DNA of 49,455 bases from positions 1 to 49,455 of the forward strand of contig UYFQ01000827.1 of NCBI GenBank assembly GCA_900617105.1. Direction: 5' to 3'. Every line of letters begins with the position of its first letter. Position 1 is the stretch's first letter. Positions 1-11,854 of this stretch are shown piece by piece. The position numbers and the translations under genes are program-made. Source of the DNA: Hydrurus foetidus. Taxonomy: Eukaryota. The notes beneath the pieces are model-generated. The model worked only from the letters and a program-made list of their open reading frames with translations. It was not told the origin of the DNA and ran no database searches.

Positions 1-2237
1 GACTAACGTTGCCATGATAACCCCTGCTCCGCATGTGCCAATGAAGTTCTTGGACCCTGCAATGTCCTCTGCATGTGTTACTCATTCCTCTTACCTTAAC
101 AAGCGTATTGGTTCTTCTCCGTATCACTTCACTCCTGGGCAACACGTGGACATCAGGATACTTCGACCATTCTGGGCACCATACTATGTCAAGCACGCAC
201 CCAAAGATCAGAAAAGTAAAGTTGTGTCACCTCGTGCATACCGTGCTCGGTTCGTTGGTTATAGTTTTACATCTATACTAATACCACAATATTTAGTATT
301 AGAAATACTACCAAGAACACCTACGGTACTGTTCGAGTCAGTAAGGATGTCATCTTCGACATGCACAACAACTTCAAGCATGACTCAGATGCACACTTCC
401 CTACCGACGAGGCCTTCGCCCTCATCCCGTCCCTCTACTATACTGATAATAATAATGACCCTATTGTGGTGCCTGAGCGAGTCGACCTACCCGGCCTCCC
501 CTCACCTGCACCCCTTATCGACCCCGACTATATAACCCCTGTCGCTGAGACAGAGCACTCAGTCAATGATGACATGATATACTGGTCCACCTACACCAGT
601 TCTTCCACATGCTTCCCTGTTCACCTCTTCCGTGTCCTGCACTACAACATAGCAGTCCAAATCAAGGATCCCTACATCCCCAAAGACTTCTGGACCGCAA
701 TGCAGTACCCAGAGTGGGAACAGGCCATCAACACTGAGCGAACTAAGTTTGAAGTCAACAACTGCTTCCGGTCTGTCCCTTCACCGGCCAGCACCTCGTA
801 CCAATGATGTGGCTCTTCAGTATCAAGACTGACGGCACCAAGAAGGCCCGCCTCGTAGGTCGTGGTGATCTCATGATACCCTGGGTCGACTTCGACCCCT
901 ACGCAGTATACTGCGGTAATGTCAATGCATCTTCGATCAAGATTGCACTCGTCATAGCCGCAACCTACAAATTATCCATGCGGGGAGGAGATTTAGTAGG
1001 CGCCTACTTAATCACACTCGCTAACCCCGACTTTCCCGTTCACATCAAGACACCTCAAGGTTACACCACACCTTTTGGCACATGCTTTCAAGCCATTGGC
1101 AACCTCTACGGTTTTCCACCAGCTGGCCAGAATTTCTCAAAGGAATTCGACAAATGTGTACGCGAATGTGGATACGAAAACACACCGTGGGACTTAAAGT
1201 TCTTCTTTAAGTGGGTCCAAGGTCAACCCCTGATACTGATAGCACACTCAGACGACTTCAGATGGTTCGGACCACTTGCACTCATTAGCGAATGGGATCT
1301 CCTCATCGCTACATTCAACTCCCACAAGTATGAAGTCACCGACGCGACCTCCAAAGAGTTCGTCGGCATCCGCATTACATGCGATGAACACTTCAACTAC
1401 TACATGGATCAGTCACGCATGATCACATCCATCGTATCGGAGGCCAACCTTGCTGGCGCCGCCGATGAGCATCTACCATATCCACCTTCTGGTGAGAGTC
1501 TGTCCAAGGCGGACAACTCTACCGATCTCGATAGGCACAGGCACATGTATAATAAGTATCCCTACCGACGGGTAGTTGGTCAACTTATGTACGGTATGGT
1601 ACACACATTGATCACAATCATGTACGCTCTCAACATACTATCCAGATATAGTAACAGTCCAGGTGCACGACACATCAAGTTCCTAAAGCACTTACTTCGA
1701 TATGTCAAATACGCCAAGATGGATAGACTGAAATTCACCACACACGACGGTCCCACCGACATCGCTACGATGACCAGTCTACTGCAGTTGAAGTTCCAAT
1801 GCGACGCCGACCTCGCCGGTAACAAAGACAACCGTCACTCCCAGACCTCCTACATTGGCTACCTCGCCGACAATGTCATCTGCTGGAAGAGTACCGACCA
1901 AGGCAGCATCTCATCATCAACTGCGGAATCCGAAATCAAGGCCGTTAATCACGCACTTAAATCCGATGTCATTCCCCTCCGGGGCATACTAAACCACATG
2001 GGATGGACACAAGCTCCTACAGTCATCGAAGAAGACAATTCTGCTTGTGTTGATGCTTCAAATCATACACACATGACAAAGAACCTTCGTCACATTGACC
2101 TGAGCGAAAACTTCTTTAAGGACAAAGTCGCCGATGGTACCTGTGTCATTGTTAGAATCCTTTCGGGCGAAAACAACTCAGACATAGGTATGAGCTCCAC
2201 TACCACTTTTCGAATACCTAACGCACAGGCTCGTTGA
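1..2237 (+). mobile_element. Ty1/Copia pol, 3' part (integrase C-terminus, RT, RNase H), split by frameshifts near 313, 780 and 2190; begins upstream of window
   Basis: ORFs 14..535, 361..807 and 804..2237 join into Copia order IN-RT-RH: K..PRAYRARFVGY, VSKDVIFD (shifted frame), W.QAINTE, KARLVGRG, LYG, HSDD, PYRRVVGQLMY, CDADLAG, SSTAESE, EDNSAC, RHID. Confidence 0.93.
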
Positions 2238-2472
2238 CAAGTCTTTACGAACTAATATTAAAGAACACAAATAATTAATATCCATACATCTAACATACAT
2301 ACTAATTTTACTATCGTATATGAGTGCACGTATATATTATAACTAACTTTTTACACTTTTTGCCCAATCTCCCGTAAGGGGAGTACATCCTCAGTACGGG
2401 GAGTATATATACATATACCATTCGTTTCAACACTCTAAATAACACGTTCAGCTACATCTTCACTACGGGGAG

Positions 2473-2770
2473 TGTCAGTCCAGTATATTCATGGATGATC
2501 TGTTGGCGTAGTTTCATCTGTAGATTAGCATTCACATGTCACAAGTAGTGTAGCGCTTTCTCACCCAAAACACCGCCATACACTGTTGTGTACATACGCT
2601 CATCGTTCTTCTAGCGATATCCCCCTTCGGGGCCATCACCAAGCATCCGGTTTTTCACCACCAAGCATCCGGCTTTTCACCAGGTATCCGGTTTTCACCA
2701 AGCATCCGATTTCATGAGCAGCGGGGGTTCCGCCCATTGCTCAATCGCCAACTTGAATATTCGCTAAATA
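2473..2770 (+). repeat. Probable 3' LTR of the Copia element; right end not defined
   Basis: Short purine tract GGGGAG (2467-2472) directly followed by TGTCAG; the same TGTCAG start is seen at 10717. No convincing terminal TGACA found. Confidence 0.55.
2637..2715 (+). repeat. Four tandem ~18-22 bp repeats (CAAGCATCCGGTTTTCAC-like)
   Basis: Directly visible imperfect tandem copies inside the putative LTR. Confidence 0.85.
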
Positions 2771-4607
2771 TATTTCCACTTCGGCGATCACCATTTCATG
2801 CACAATGGATGCTTTGCTTTGCTTCTTTGATGGTTGTCTTCTCTGATATCATCGCCAGTTGTTCTACTACTTGATCGTTGTAAGTAAACACGTCTTCCGA
2901 GACCACTTCCATCAGCCAGTCTTTCCTTTGTGCTTCCGCAGCCAACAGGTAGCTCGCTTTACTCCACAGTCTGACTCACAATTGTACGTACAGAATTCAT
3001 AATTGAGTAAATACTTACCTTTTTTAGCACAACTTGCGCGAAAGTTTTATCACGTAATACTTTATTTTTTTCAGCCACTGCGAGATTCTTTGACATTTGA
3101 ACATTAATTTTACTTCTGTAGGAATCTTGGATATTAAGCTGCTCGTCTTCGCTGATTCGTATTGCAAGCTCATTCCGCTCTATCTGGGGGCAGAGCAAAT
3201 AAGCGAGGAACTTGGATGTAGACTCCGATGCTCCTGCATATATAGCGGGACTTGGTGATCCATCTTTGTCGTACGAGCACTCCGTAGACTGACAACGAGT
3301 TATAGCCAATTTAACGTTGTTGTCCTTTTTCCTCATATCATCCCAAGTTTTTAAACACTGTTTGAATTCCGCCACTATTTGATCTGTGGTGTCCCTTTGT
3401 TTTGCTTTTGTCACGCACGGACAAATAAGCTCCCTAAATCTTCTTAAGGACATATTTCTACCACTATTGTTATACCTTTGCCTCGCACCATATTCGGTTT
3501 CCTTGAAGTGGCAGCAAATCTCCTGTACTGTATACTGATATGATCTGATAGGCTCATACTCGAAACCACCTCTTGGCTGTGCTATTATCACTGACTGTCT
3601 CGATAATTTTAAAGTGTCAACCCTACCACCCCACTGACTCTCGTGGCCAAAACGTTGTACTTCTCCACAGTTATCGTGTCGCTCCTCACCTTTCTTGCCT
3701 TCGAGGAGATGAAGGAGCAATACCTATTTTTGGATGCTAGAAGACGTTTCCCTTCTCCATTTGATGACCGCTTTGGAGTTCCTTGTAGAGTATTAAGTTG
3801 CGCATCATCATGGTCACTTTCTTCATTGTCATTATCATTATTACTGTCTGCTTCGTCGCTTTCATTTCCATTGGTAGTATTGATTTCATTTGATTAAATC
3901 ACTGTTACATTTTCTATTTTTGCTTGCTCTTCTGCTACTGCTTTTGCTATTTCTAGATCGAATAGTATTCTCATACTCTTGCCATGATCGATTATTCTTC
4001 TCGATAATCCTGTTGCGTTCTTAAGCCACATCATTGAGATGGTACCAGAGATTGCAATAGAAATATTCTCTTTAAATTTAATCTGCTCGCGATTATTACG
4101 CCCATATTTTTCAAGAGAAAAGAGCAGATTTTAAATATTCGCTACTATTGCGTTATTGATATTACAAGTTTCGGGATCAACACTGTCTATTATTTTCCCT
4201 AATCGCAGAATGGCATCTCTGAGCACTTGATGTCGAAGATGCTCATCAGCTGAAGGAATTTCTTCATTGAGAAGCGTTATCAATTTTGTCTCGATCAATT
4301 TTGAATACTTCGCCAATGTTGGTGGTGAGTATGATTCTATTTTTGTAATTCGAGGTCTTTTTAAAGATGGTGTCTGGACTTCATCGATAGTGGCACATGA
4401 TGTTGTGAGAAGGGAGATAGACATTAGCCTTCTGATACTCTCAGGAGATGTTGTGATATCGAAGGTAAATTTTTTACCAGCATGACTGCTGTTTCTGTCC
4501 CATGTCAAATCTATCAGATTACGTAACCCTCTAGCTAACGGACTATTTCTCAGAAAGATACTGTACTCGATCAGCAATTCATTGCTGAGCACTTCTCCAA
4601 ATGACAT
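2770..4607 (-). pseudogene. Degenerate long ORF, probably a DNA-transposon transposase fragment of unassigned family
   Basis: The 4131..4607 frame continues through premature stops at 4131 and ~3894 (acidic stretch, RKVRSDTI), then frameshifts into 2959..3720 (RRFRELICPCV..RD, RCQSTEC). Likely GTAAGT donor near 3018. Family assignment is inference only. Confidence 0.4.
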
Positions 4608-5885
4608 TAGCTACCTCAACGATATTGTGATGCGACCACTGGTAGTTATCATTCCTAAGATAACATCCTCATATCTATTCCGTTGCAGCGCGGAATACGC
4701 GCGTAGAAGTAGAGAAATGTCTGCCATGTCAGCAACGCCTATGAAGTGATGGCAGCCAGCAACCGAATGCAGCTCAAGCTTCGCAACTACGAGAGATATC
4801 AACTTGCAACCATCTGCACCACAGCAGCGTATTTGAAATTTTATTTGAATTTATTTTTAAAAAATCACGTATTTTACAGTTATCCTGCATTTATACCGAT
4901 TCCCTTTAATTCCATTTTTGAGAGGGAGCCGAGCCCAACTAACCGTGGTCCTGTTAAGGATGTAGGAAGTACTTCGCGGCGACCAAAAGATGTCCGTGAA
5001 CTAATCTGGGCCCAGTAGGTTTAGAAAGAGGGGTAGCAGAAAGGTTTCAGAGAATAATAGGCCTATTGTGGTCTGAAGAGGGTAGGGAAGGAGTCGAGAG
5101 CGGTAGATTTAGGTTACAGGTATCTAAGCTAGAAGCTAAGCTGGTTAACTTCTACGTGGATGCTGTAAGTGGCTACGACGATACAATAGTCTGTAGTGTA
5201 CAGTGGTAGTGTACAGTATTACTATGCGGTAGAATCGGGACCTTGGGCCCGGAACTACCACGCCTCCTCTATGCTAACCTAACTTCTGACATAAAGAGTA
5301 CACACAAGAACGTTTAAATAATAAGAATTGGAAACAACCAAAAAAATTATAAAAAATGAACACAACAATATCATGCAAAAATAAAAGGCAGAGCTAAGAA
5401 AATCTTACAAAGCTGTCGTGAGAGGAAATACAAAAAAGCTTTCACCTCATGATGATTCTTCTCTTACTTTACGATTACGAAGGTAATCGTGTAGTTGATC
5501 ACATCTACAAAATGCCTTCCATGGATTTTGTGACTTGTCACAATGAAGTCATTTCCCTTTGAAATGTAGTGTGGTAAAACGGCTTTAGACACCACGATCT
5601 TCAACAATACATTCGACGAAGAATTCTATACTGTCTGTCATCAGGCCATTCCTTACAGGTCACCGGAATACGAAATACGAAACAGTCATTTTCCGTACCC
5701 CGATCCGGGGGTAATTTTTTTTTGTGTTGTGCCCTTACAGACCACTCAAGTACGAGATACAGATTATCTAAATATTTCGTGTCTCGTGTCCAGTATTTGT
5801 TGTAAGGTTTAATATTCTGTATGTGATTGTCAACTACAGAATATTTATATTTTAAGCTGCAACGGAGTCATTATTTTTCACAATC

Positions 5886-6443
5886 ATGGTGATTTTATCG
5901 ATCAAGAAGCTCACGGCTGCCAATGCTAAGTTCATGTCCGAACGCAAGAAGCGTAGACTTGATTTGATGATGGTTGCGAAGGGGAAAAAAGCTGAAGCTA
6001 AGAAGCAAATGAAGATATTTAGGCCTCATAGGGTCGAGGACCAACCGAACTACGCTGCATCTGACTGGGGAAGGATGCTTAAGAATAACAGGATTAAAGA
6101 TCCTCTGGATCGTAAAGGGGGAAAACTTTTCCGGAGGCGTTTTCGTGTGCCCTACCCGATCTTTATTAGGCTAGTGCAGATCACCAGAGACTCCGACTGG
6201 TTCTCGGAGAAAAAGAACTGTGCTGGGAGGCAAGCTGCCCCATTGGAATTGAAGATTCTATCAGTTTTACGTGTACTTGGACGGGGGTACTGCTTTGATG
6301 GGGTCGAAGAACTTACTTTGATTAGCGCGGAAGTGTTACGTCAATTCTTTCATCGATTCTGTTTTCTCTTTGCGAAGGAGAAGTTTGCCGACTACTGCTC
6401 ACACCCAATATCCGAGGATGAAATTACCACCGCCATGGAAGTG
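5886..6443 (+). pseudogene. Harbinger transposase N-terminal half, without the DDE core
   Basis: DRKGGKLFRRRFRVPYP and APLELKILSVLRVLGRGYCFDGVEEL match the transposase at 24427; homology stops at ~6443. Confidence 0.88.
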
Positions 6444-7157
6444 ATCTCCTCGCTAGACGGCCTCATGGATTCGATGCGACGTTGCTCCTGTGCCTGCCCT
6501 TTGGCAATATGACGTTGTTCCCTTCTATTTTTCCTTTTCTTCGAGACAACAGGCTCTCCCGCCTGGGCTCCAGATGATCTTGAAGGGCCATTTGATTCCT
6601 TCGTCTTAAAATCATCTGCCGCATTCTGGGAACCGATGCCGTAAATCATAAAGACTTCCCACTCCACAGGATACCATAGTATAGAGAAGACTTTCTTGGT
6701 ATACCCCGTCTTCGATTTAGACTCCTGGGCAGTCTTTGCTTCCGCATCATCAAAGAGTTCCTTCCGCACTTGAAGTAAGATCTCATCGTAACTCTTCCCA
6801 GATGGAGGCTGGCCTCCAGGTAAATTCCTCGAGTAGACATAGGATATCTCGTTGATGACGACACGCCGAATCTCGTTGTACTTCCTCCAGACGGAGGCCC
6901 CAGTGTGCATATCACTCGCTTGGACTTTCGCCTTGTCGATGAGGTGATTTTTTGTGCGCTTGAGGCTTGAGGCAGGTTCGATCGAAGTCTTTGAAATGCT
7001 TCGGCAGTTTGACGTTGGCAACTGACAAATTGAACTCCACCATGACATCATTTTGCAGCTTCTCGATATTTTTCTCAGTTCCCTCAGTAACTGACAGCCC
7101 AGATTTAACTATGAGCAGATATTTGAGGCTTTTAATCTCGGCAACTGATATTGGCAT
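6443..7157 (-). pseudogene. Harbinger ORF2 (accessory DNA-binding protein), frameshifted and 3'-truncated
   Basis: AEIKSLKYLLI, G.SVWRKY, GGQPPSGK and P.EWEVF..YG are shared with ORF2 at 26064-27250; convergent to the transposase. Confidence 0.75.
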
Positions 7158-7647
7158 TGTCGAAAATGTGATGACGATATATCTCGTAATCACATATCTC
7201 GTGGGTGGACCACAGGAATCCTAGGAGGAATATTTGCGTTTTTTTCGTGTCCGATGACCTACGAGACACCGAAACGAAACGTTAACTCGTACGTCGTGTG
7301 CCTGTAAGGACCACAAAATCTAAAAAATGTCAAATATTCCGTACTCCAAGTGGTCTGTAAGGACTGGCCTCACACGAGCATTAAAAAGATGTTTTCGGAC
7401 GTTTTTTTCTCAAGTAGAAATAAGATGTTTCTGACAGCTTTTTTTCTTCAGTACAGTATCTAAAAATAAGATATTTTTTTCAAAAACTCACCAACCTCTT
7501 TCGAAGAATATCACATGATCGCATGACTGAAAAATCTCTCGTGGTGAAGGTGGTATGAACGCTAGTAAAGTTATCCTTTCAGCGATGACAGTACATCACT
7601 AAGTTCAACACAGCCCAACAATTACCTTCTGCCGCTCCGAAGCTGCC

Positions 7648-9305
7648 ATGAAAAAATTCTGTATAGTCGTAACTATTGTAGGGGCTGCTTTGTTGTTCTC
7701 TGCCGGAGAAGCAAAAATCCTGAAGGTACCATCCGCAGCTGAACCCATGGGAATATCAACCAAAACGACACGCAAAATTAAAAGATTAGAGGAAAAGTTC
7801 CCGAAAACTGTCGTTGCTGCTGGGGCAGCACCAGGTGCGGATATCGCAATTTCTCAGGCGAATTTGAGGGGCCTAGGGTGCATTATCGGTGGTGCATTGA
7901 CCCATCTAACCCTGGGATCATTGTATTGCTGGGGCAACTTCAACTCCTATGCGCCAAGTCATTTGAGGTCCAATCTTGTGCTCCCACTTACTATGGTTGC
8001 ACAATGTGTGACGATGCCATTCGGACCTCTATTTGTGAAAACGTTGGGAGCTCGAGCGACTTTACTTCTCGGGGCCTGGATCATGGCTGCCGGAGTGTAC
8101 TTCTCGTCATATGCAACTAATACTGCCGTCTTCCTCACGTTGTATTCTATTGTTTTTGGAGCTGGTGTTGGTCTCGCATATACTGCTCCTATGCTTGCAG
8201 GGTGGTCTTGGTTACCTCAATCCAAAGGTCTCATATCTGGTGCGGTTCTTACTGGATTTGGTGCGGGAGGTTTCTTTTTCAACATAATAGGATCAAAAAT
8301 AGTGAACCCGCTAGGTAGCGATCCAATTAATGGAAATTTTCCTAACGAGGTTTACACACGATTTCCAGTGATGCTTCGCAAGTTGGCGATCATCTACTCG
8401 GTGATTTCATTTCTGGGATCTCTATTAATTACAGAACCCATTAAACAGAAAGGCTCTGAGGCCACAGCTGTCGTGATCCCTGATGTCCCAGGAGTCTCAA
8501 TTGGTGAGGCTTTGAAAACAAAGCAATTTTGGTTGATGTGGGTGATGATTATCACCTCAGCTAGTGCCGGACTGAACGTCGCAGCTCTCTACAAACAGTT
8601 TGCGGGCATCTCGCCTGCATTGAAAGGGGACTCCTACCAATCTCTAGTCGGTGCCGTCAGCGCATTATTTAATGCCATTGGTCGTCTGTTCTGGGGAGCC
8701 ATATCCGACAAAATTGGCTTCAAATCCTCTTTCATCATTCTCACAATCTTACAAGCGTGTGTGCAGTTCCTTTATCCTTACAGTGCATCATCGAAGGTAA
8801 CACTCTATCTGATGTTTGACAATTCATCCCTATTTACTGACTGCTTTAAAACAATTTATTTCGCCATCATTTGAGGTATTACATCTCCTTATCCGCAATT
8901 CTCCCCCAACTACAGCCTCTCTTTCTTGCCGCGAATTGCATGAGTTTCTTCTGCCTTGCTGGCAACTTTGCTATGATGCCCCCAGCTATCCAGAGAATGT
9001 TCGGCCCTAAGAACGGCGCCTTAATTTACGGGCTAGTGTACTCAGCCTTTGGCACCGCATCCTTGGCGACTATTCTGCTGTCGAAGGTGATCAGCACTTG
9101 TCTACAGTATTGCAATGCATGACTGCGCACCCAACGTTTGCTAACGCGTTCTTTGTCCAAAAACTTTCACTATGAATTGCAGACGATGATAGCTAATTTC
9201 GGATGGGATGGCGTTTTCAAGGTTCTCGCCGCATTCTCAATTGTAGCGACTCTCTTCACAAGCATGCTGACCCCATTGGCATTGCTCCCATCATCGACAG
9301 TATAA
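7648..9305 (+). CDS. MFS transporter (oxalate:formate antiporter/OFA-like) with N-terminal signal peptide; exons 7648-8796, 8916-9086, 9183-9305 (480 aa)
   Basis: About 12 hydrophobic helices; GVGLAY, W.PQSKGLISG.VLTGFGAG, GRLFWGAISDKIG, FGPKNG..IYG motifs; GT-AG introns keep the frame to TAA at 9303-9305. Confidence 0.9.
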
Positions 9306-9550
9306 GGAGAAGCTTTCGTCGTCATATTTTGTGTCAGATTTACTTAGACATTGCAGCAGTCGGTTTATCTTACTGTAATCATTTAAGTGATTTTTAACAG
9401 AAGCTGGACTTCGTTGGATTCTAAAACGACCAAATGTCCGTCTTCCTGATAACATATAGTTAGCGCAAACGACAAGTATGGGCGACAAAGAGCGAGCAGC
9501 GCATACTAATCAACAGTGCTTGTGTAATAACCATTTGAGACTCTGTCCGT

Positions 9551-10015
9551 CTACTTCAATCTCTTCCCGTTCTTGTCGTACTTCACAGGTCTTAGATATT
9601 CGTCAAGTTCAATTTGTTGGACCTTTCTTTCCTTTGGTTTCAGTGCCCTAATTTGCAAAGTGGTTCATGCAGATAAATAATGCGTCATTTTTCATTTGAT
9701 TGGTAGTTAAATCATGATGAAACTTGAAACTTTAAGAACGTACTGTTGATAGTAAAGAAATGGACCGATGGTCAGCAATGAAATGACGAGTGGTACTAGG
9801 ACAGCGTTTGCAGCACCATCATCTGCTGAGGCTATCGCTGGTGTTGATGCAACAAATGCAGAGTATGCAACAAGGGCTAGTTTATTTGCTTCTATATTCA
9901 ATTGTGGAATGTTCTGGACACGGAATTGTCCTATCTTCGTGGGTAGATGTAGTGCACACGCGGAAAACGCAAGGCAGAATAGCGCCACGAGGAGCAGAGG
10001 TGTCACGTGAGTCAT
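9551..10015 (-). CDS. Small single-TM, probably plastid/thylakoid-targeted protein; exons 10015-9744, 9647-9551
   Basis: Signal peptide, transit-like segment, second hydrophobic stretch ending PAIASA, acidic DD, one TM helix, basic tail ALKPKERKVQQIELDEYLRPV. GTACGT..TAG intron restores the frame. Confidence 0.75.
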
Positions 10016-10166
10016 CTTCGGAATTTTTGAAGGCAGCTCAGTCGCTTTGGTTTTTTGTGGATTTCCTTTGCGATGAGTAATTTGCAACTTGATCTGACCT
10101 GGTTTCGTCCATTCGACAAATTTTATAGTGACGTTGCTGCACTTGGCAGAGTACGTGTTGGAATAA

Positions 10167-10502
10167 CGGAAATAATTTACCGTGTACTGAATTGAGAGAT
10201 TCGTGTACTGAATTAATAGTTTGATGAACTGAATTCTATACTAAATGATGGGATTAGGGTTAGGATTAGGGTGAAGATTCGGGTTAGGGTTAGGGTTAGG
10301 GTTAGGGTTAGGGTTAGGGTTAGGGTTAGGGTCAGGGTCAGGGTCAGGGTCAGGGTTAAGGTTGAGGTTAAAGTCAGAGTCAGAGTCAGGGTTAGGGCTA
10401 CAGTTAGGGTGTATTTAAGTACAGCAAACTATTAATTCAGTACATCAAACTATTAATTCAGTACATCAAACTATCAATTCAGTACACCATTAATTTGGTC
10501 GC
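10167..10502. mobile_element. Non-autonomous TIR element (MITE-like) carrying an internal telomeric tract
   Basis: Direct repeat GTTGGAATAA at 10157-10166 and 10503-10512; 21-bp subterminal repeats GTACTGAATTAATAGTTTGAT (left, 10184 onward) inverted as three copies at 10423-10485. Confidence 0.85.
10251..10410 (+). repeat. Interstitial telomeric repeat: (GGGTTA)8 + (GGGTCA)4 plus degenerate flanks
   Basis: Perfect GGGTTA at 10281-10328, GGGTCA at 10329-10352. Confidence 0.97.
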
Positions 10503-10716
10503 GTTGGAATAATGGGTGTGTTCGTGCGTTGTACGTTCTGTATTCTGTATTCTGTATTGTTGGGGGGTGCGTACCTACGTGCCTGGTGGGGATAAAGCCC
10601 CAACCTGGATACGGATACGGAATACAGAATGTGCATACCGGATAACAGCAATTTTGAGTTCAATGATCTGTGAACACAGAAATAAGTGCAATAGTGCAAA
10701 AAAAATTAAGTGTTAT

Positions 10717-11612
10717 TGTCAGACCACTTGATTCTATCAAGATATGTCTGTAGTAATATAGTTGCAAATATAGTTTCAAATATATACATGTACGTTATGC
10801 GACACGTACGTACGTAAGTACACATGCAGATATGATAACATGCACACGTACACACGTACTTACACATGTTAGTGCATACTCATTTATGCATACGTACACA
10901 CATGTACTTACACATGTACGAACATAGTCAATATGTACGTACGTACGTACGTACGTACGTACATATAGCATAGCGTACACTTGTATGGTCACGCACACAC
11001 GTACATACGTACGTGCACATGTTAGTACAAATTATTATATGCATACGTACACACACGTACTTACACATGTATGTACATATATAATATGTACGTATGTACG
11101 GCCGCCAATAGCGTAGTACATAGATGTATAGGCGTACATACGTAAGTACCACTGTACTTACGCATGTACGTTCTTATACATACACATGCATACGTACTTC
11201 TATAATATCGCCATATAGCAGTTAGTACTCACGCATGTACGTTCATATACATATACACGCATACGTACCCCTGTACTATCGCCATGTATCAGTTAGTACG
11301 AACCCTCTGACCTCACGCAAATGAACGTTCGCCTTTCATGATTCTTCAGTATCGCCAAAACACTTCGTTACTATAAGCATTCATGCAACGTTCCTCAAGC
11401 ACATGCTATGAACAACACATCTCGCTGTGAACTTTGTCTCAAGGTAGTTTCACTGTCATGAACTGTTCCTCAAGATAGCTCTTTTGCGTGGCTATCTGTA
11501 AACTCTAATCAGAATTTAATACGTTGTACTTCACAGCTTCGATAGCTCACTGAATTGAGACAGTAGCCTGCAGCTGCTTCTCCACCTTCGCTGCGAACGC
11601 TAGAAGGTGACA
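10717..11612 (+). repeat. Probable 5' LTR of a second Copia element (TGTCA...TGACA), rich in ACGT/TACA repeats
   Basis: Inverted 5-bp ends; start TGTCAGACCA resembles TGTCAGTCCA at 2473; internal ~155-bp and ~71-bp duplications (the latter 11154-11299); candidate PBS TGGTAGCGA at 11632; gag follows. Confidence 0.6.
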
Positions 11613-11854
11613 TCTTGTATTTAGTCTTACATGGTAGCGATTGTTTATAGTGAATAAACGATTGCTGTGGATTCCAGGATTCTGAATTTCCTTCCTCAAC
11701 TTTCAGAACCCTGCAATCATGAGTGATAACGGATCTGAAGACGAGATAGAGCTGTCCAGCACAGACTCTCCGCCGGCTCTTGCCGACCTAACATCCGTTC
11801 AGAACTCTGATCGATGTAGCTCAACCCACATTCACTGGTCGAGTTACCAGATCT

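Larger units (their letters stand above)
5644..7369. mobile_element. PIF/Harbinger element, internally deleted
   Basis: TIRs GGCCATTCCTTACAG / CTGTAAGGACTGGCC; TSD TCA at 5641-5643 and 7370-7372; holds a 5' transposase piece (+) and an ORF2 piece (-). Confidence 0.93.

Noticed and set aside
2637..2715. CRISPR-like array (also considered for 10423-10485 and 21358-21453)
   Set aside because: Units are directly tandem with no unique spacers; eukaryotic context; no cas genes.
3615..5291. TGTCA..TGACA element with apparent TAAAG TSD
   Set aside because: The minus-strand reading frame runs straight across 3615, so the match is probably chance.
10251..10410. True chromosome end or telomere fusion
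   Set aside because: The tract is short, in one orientation only, and embedded in a TIR/TSD-bounded element.
10795..11152. Short ORFs rich in Y/V/R/T/C
   Set aside because: Translations of ACGT/TACA simple repeats.
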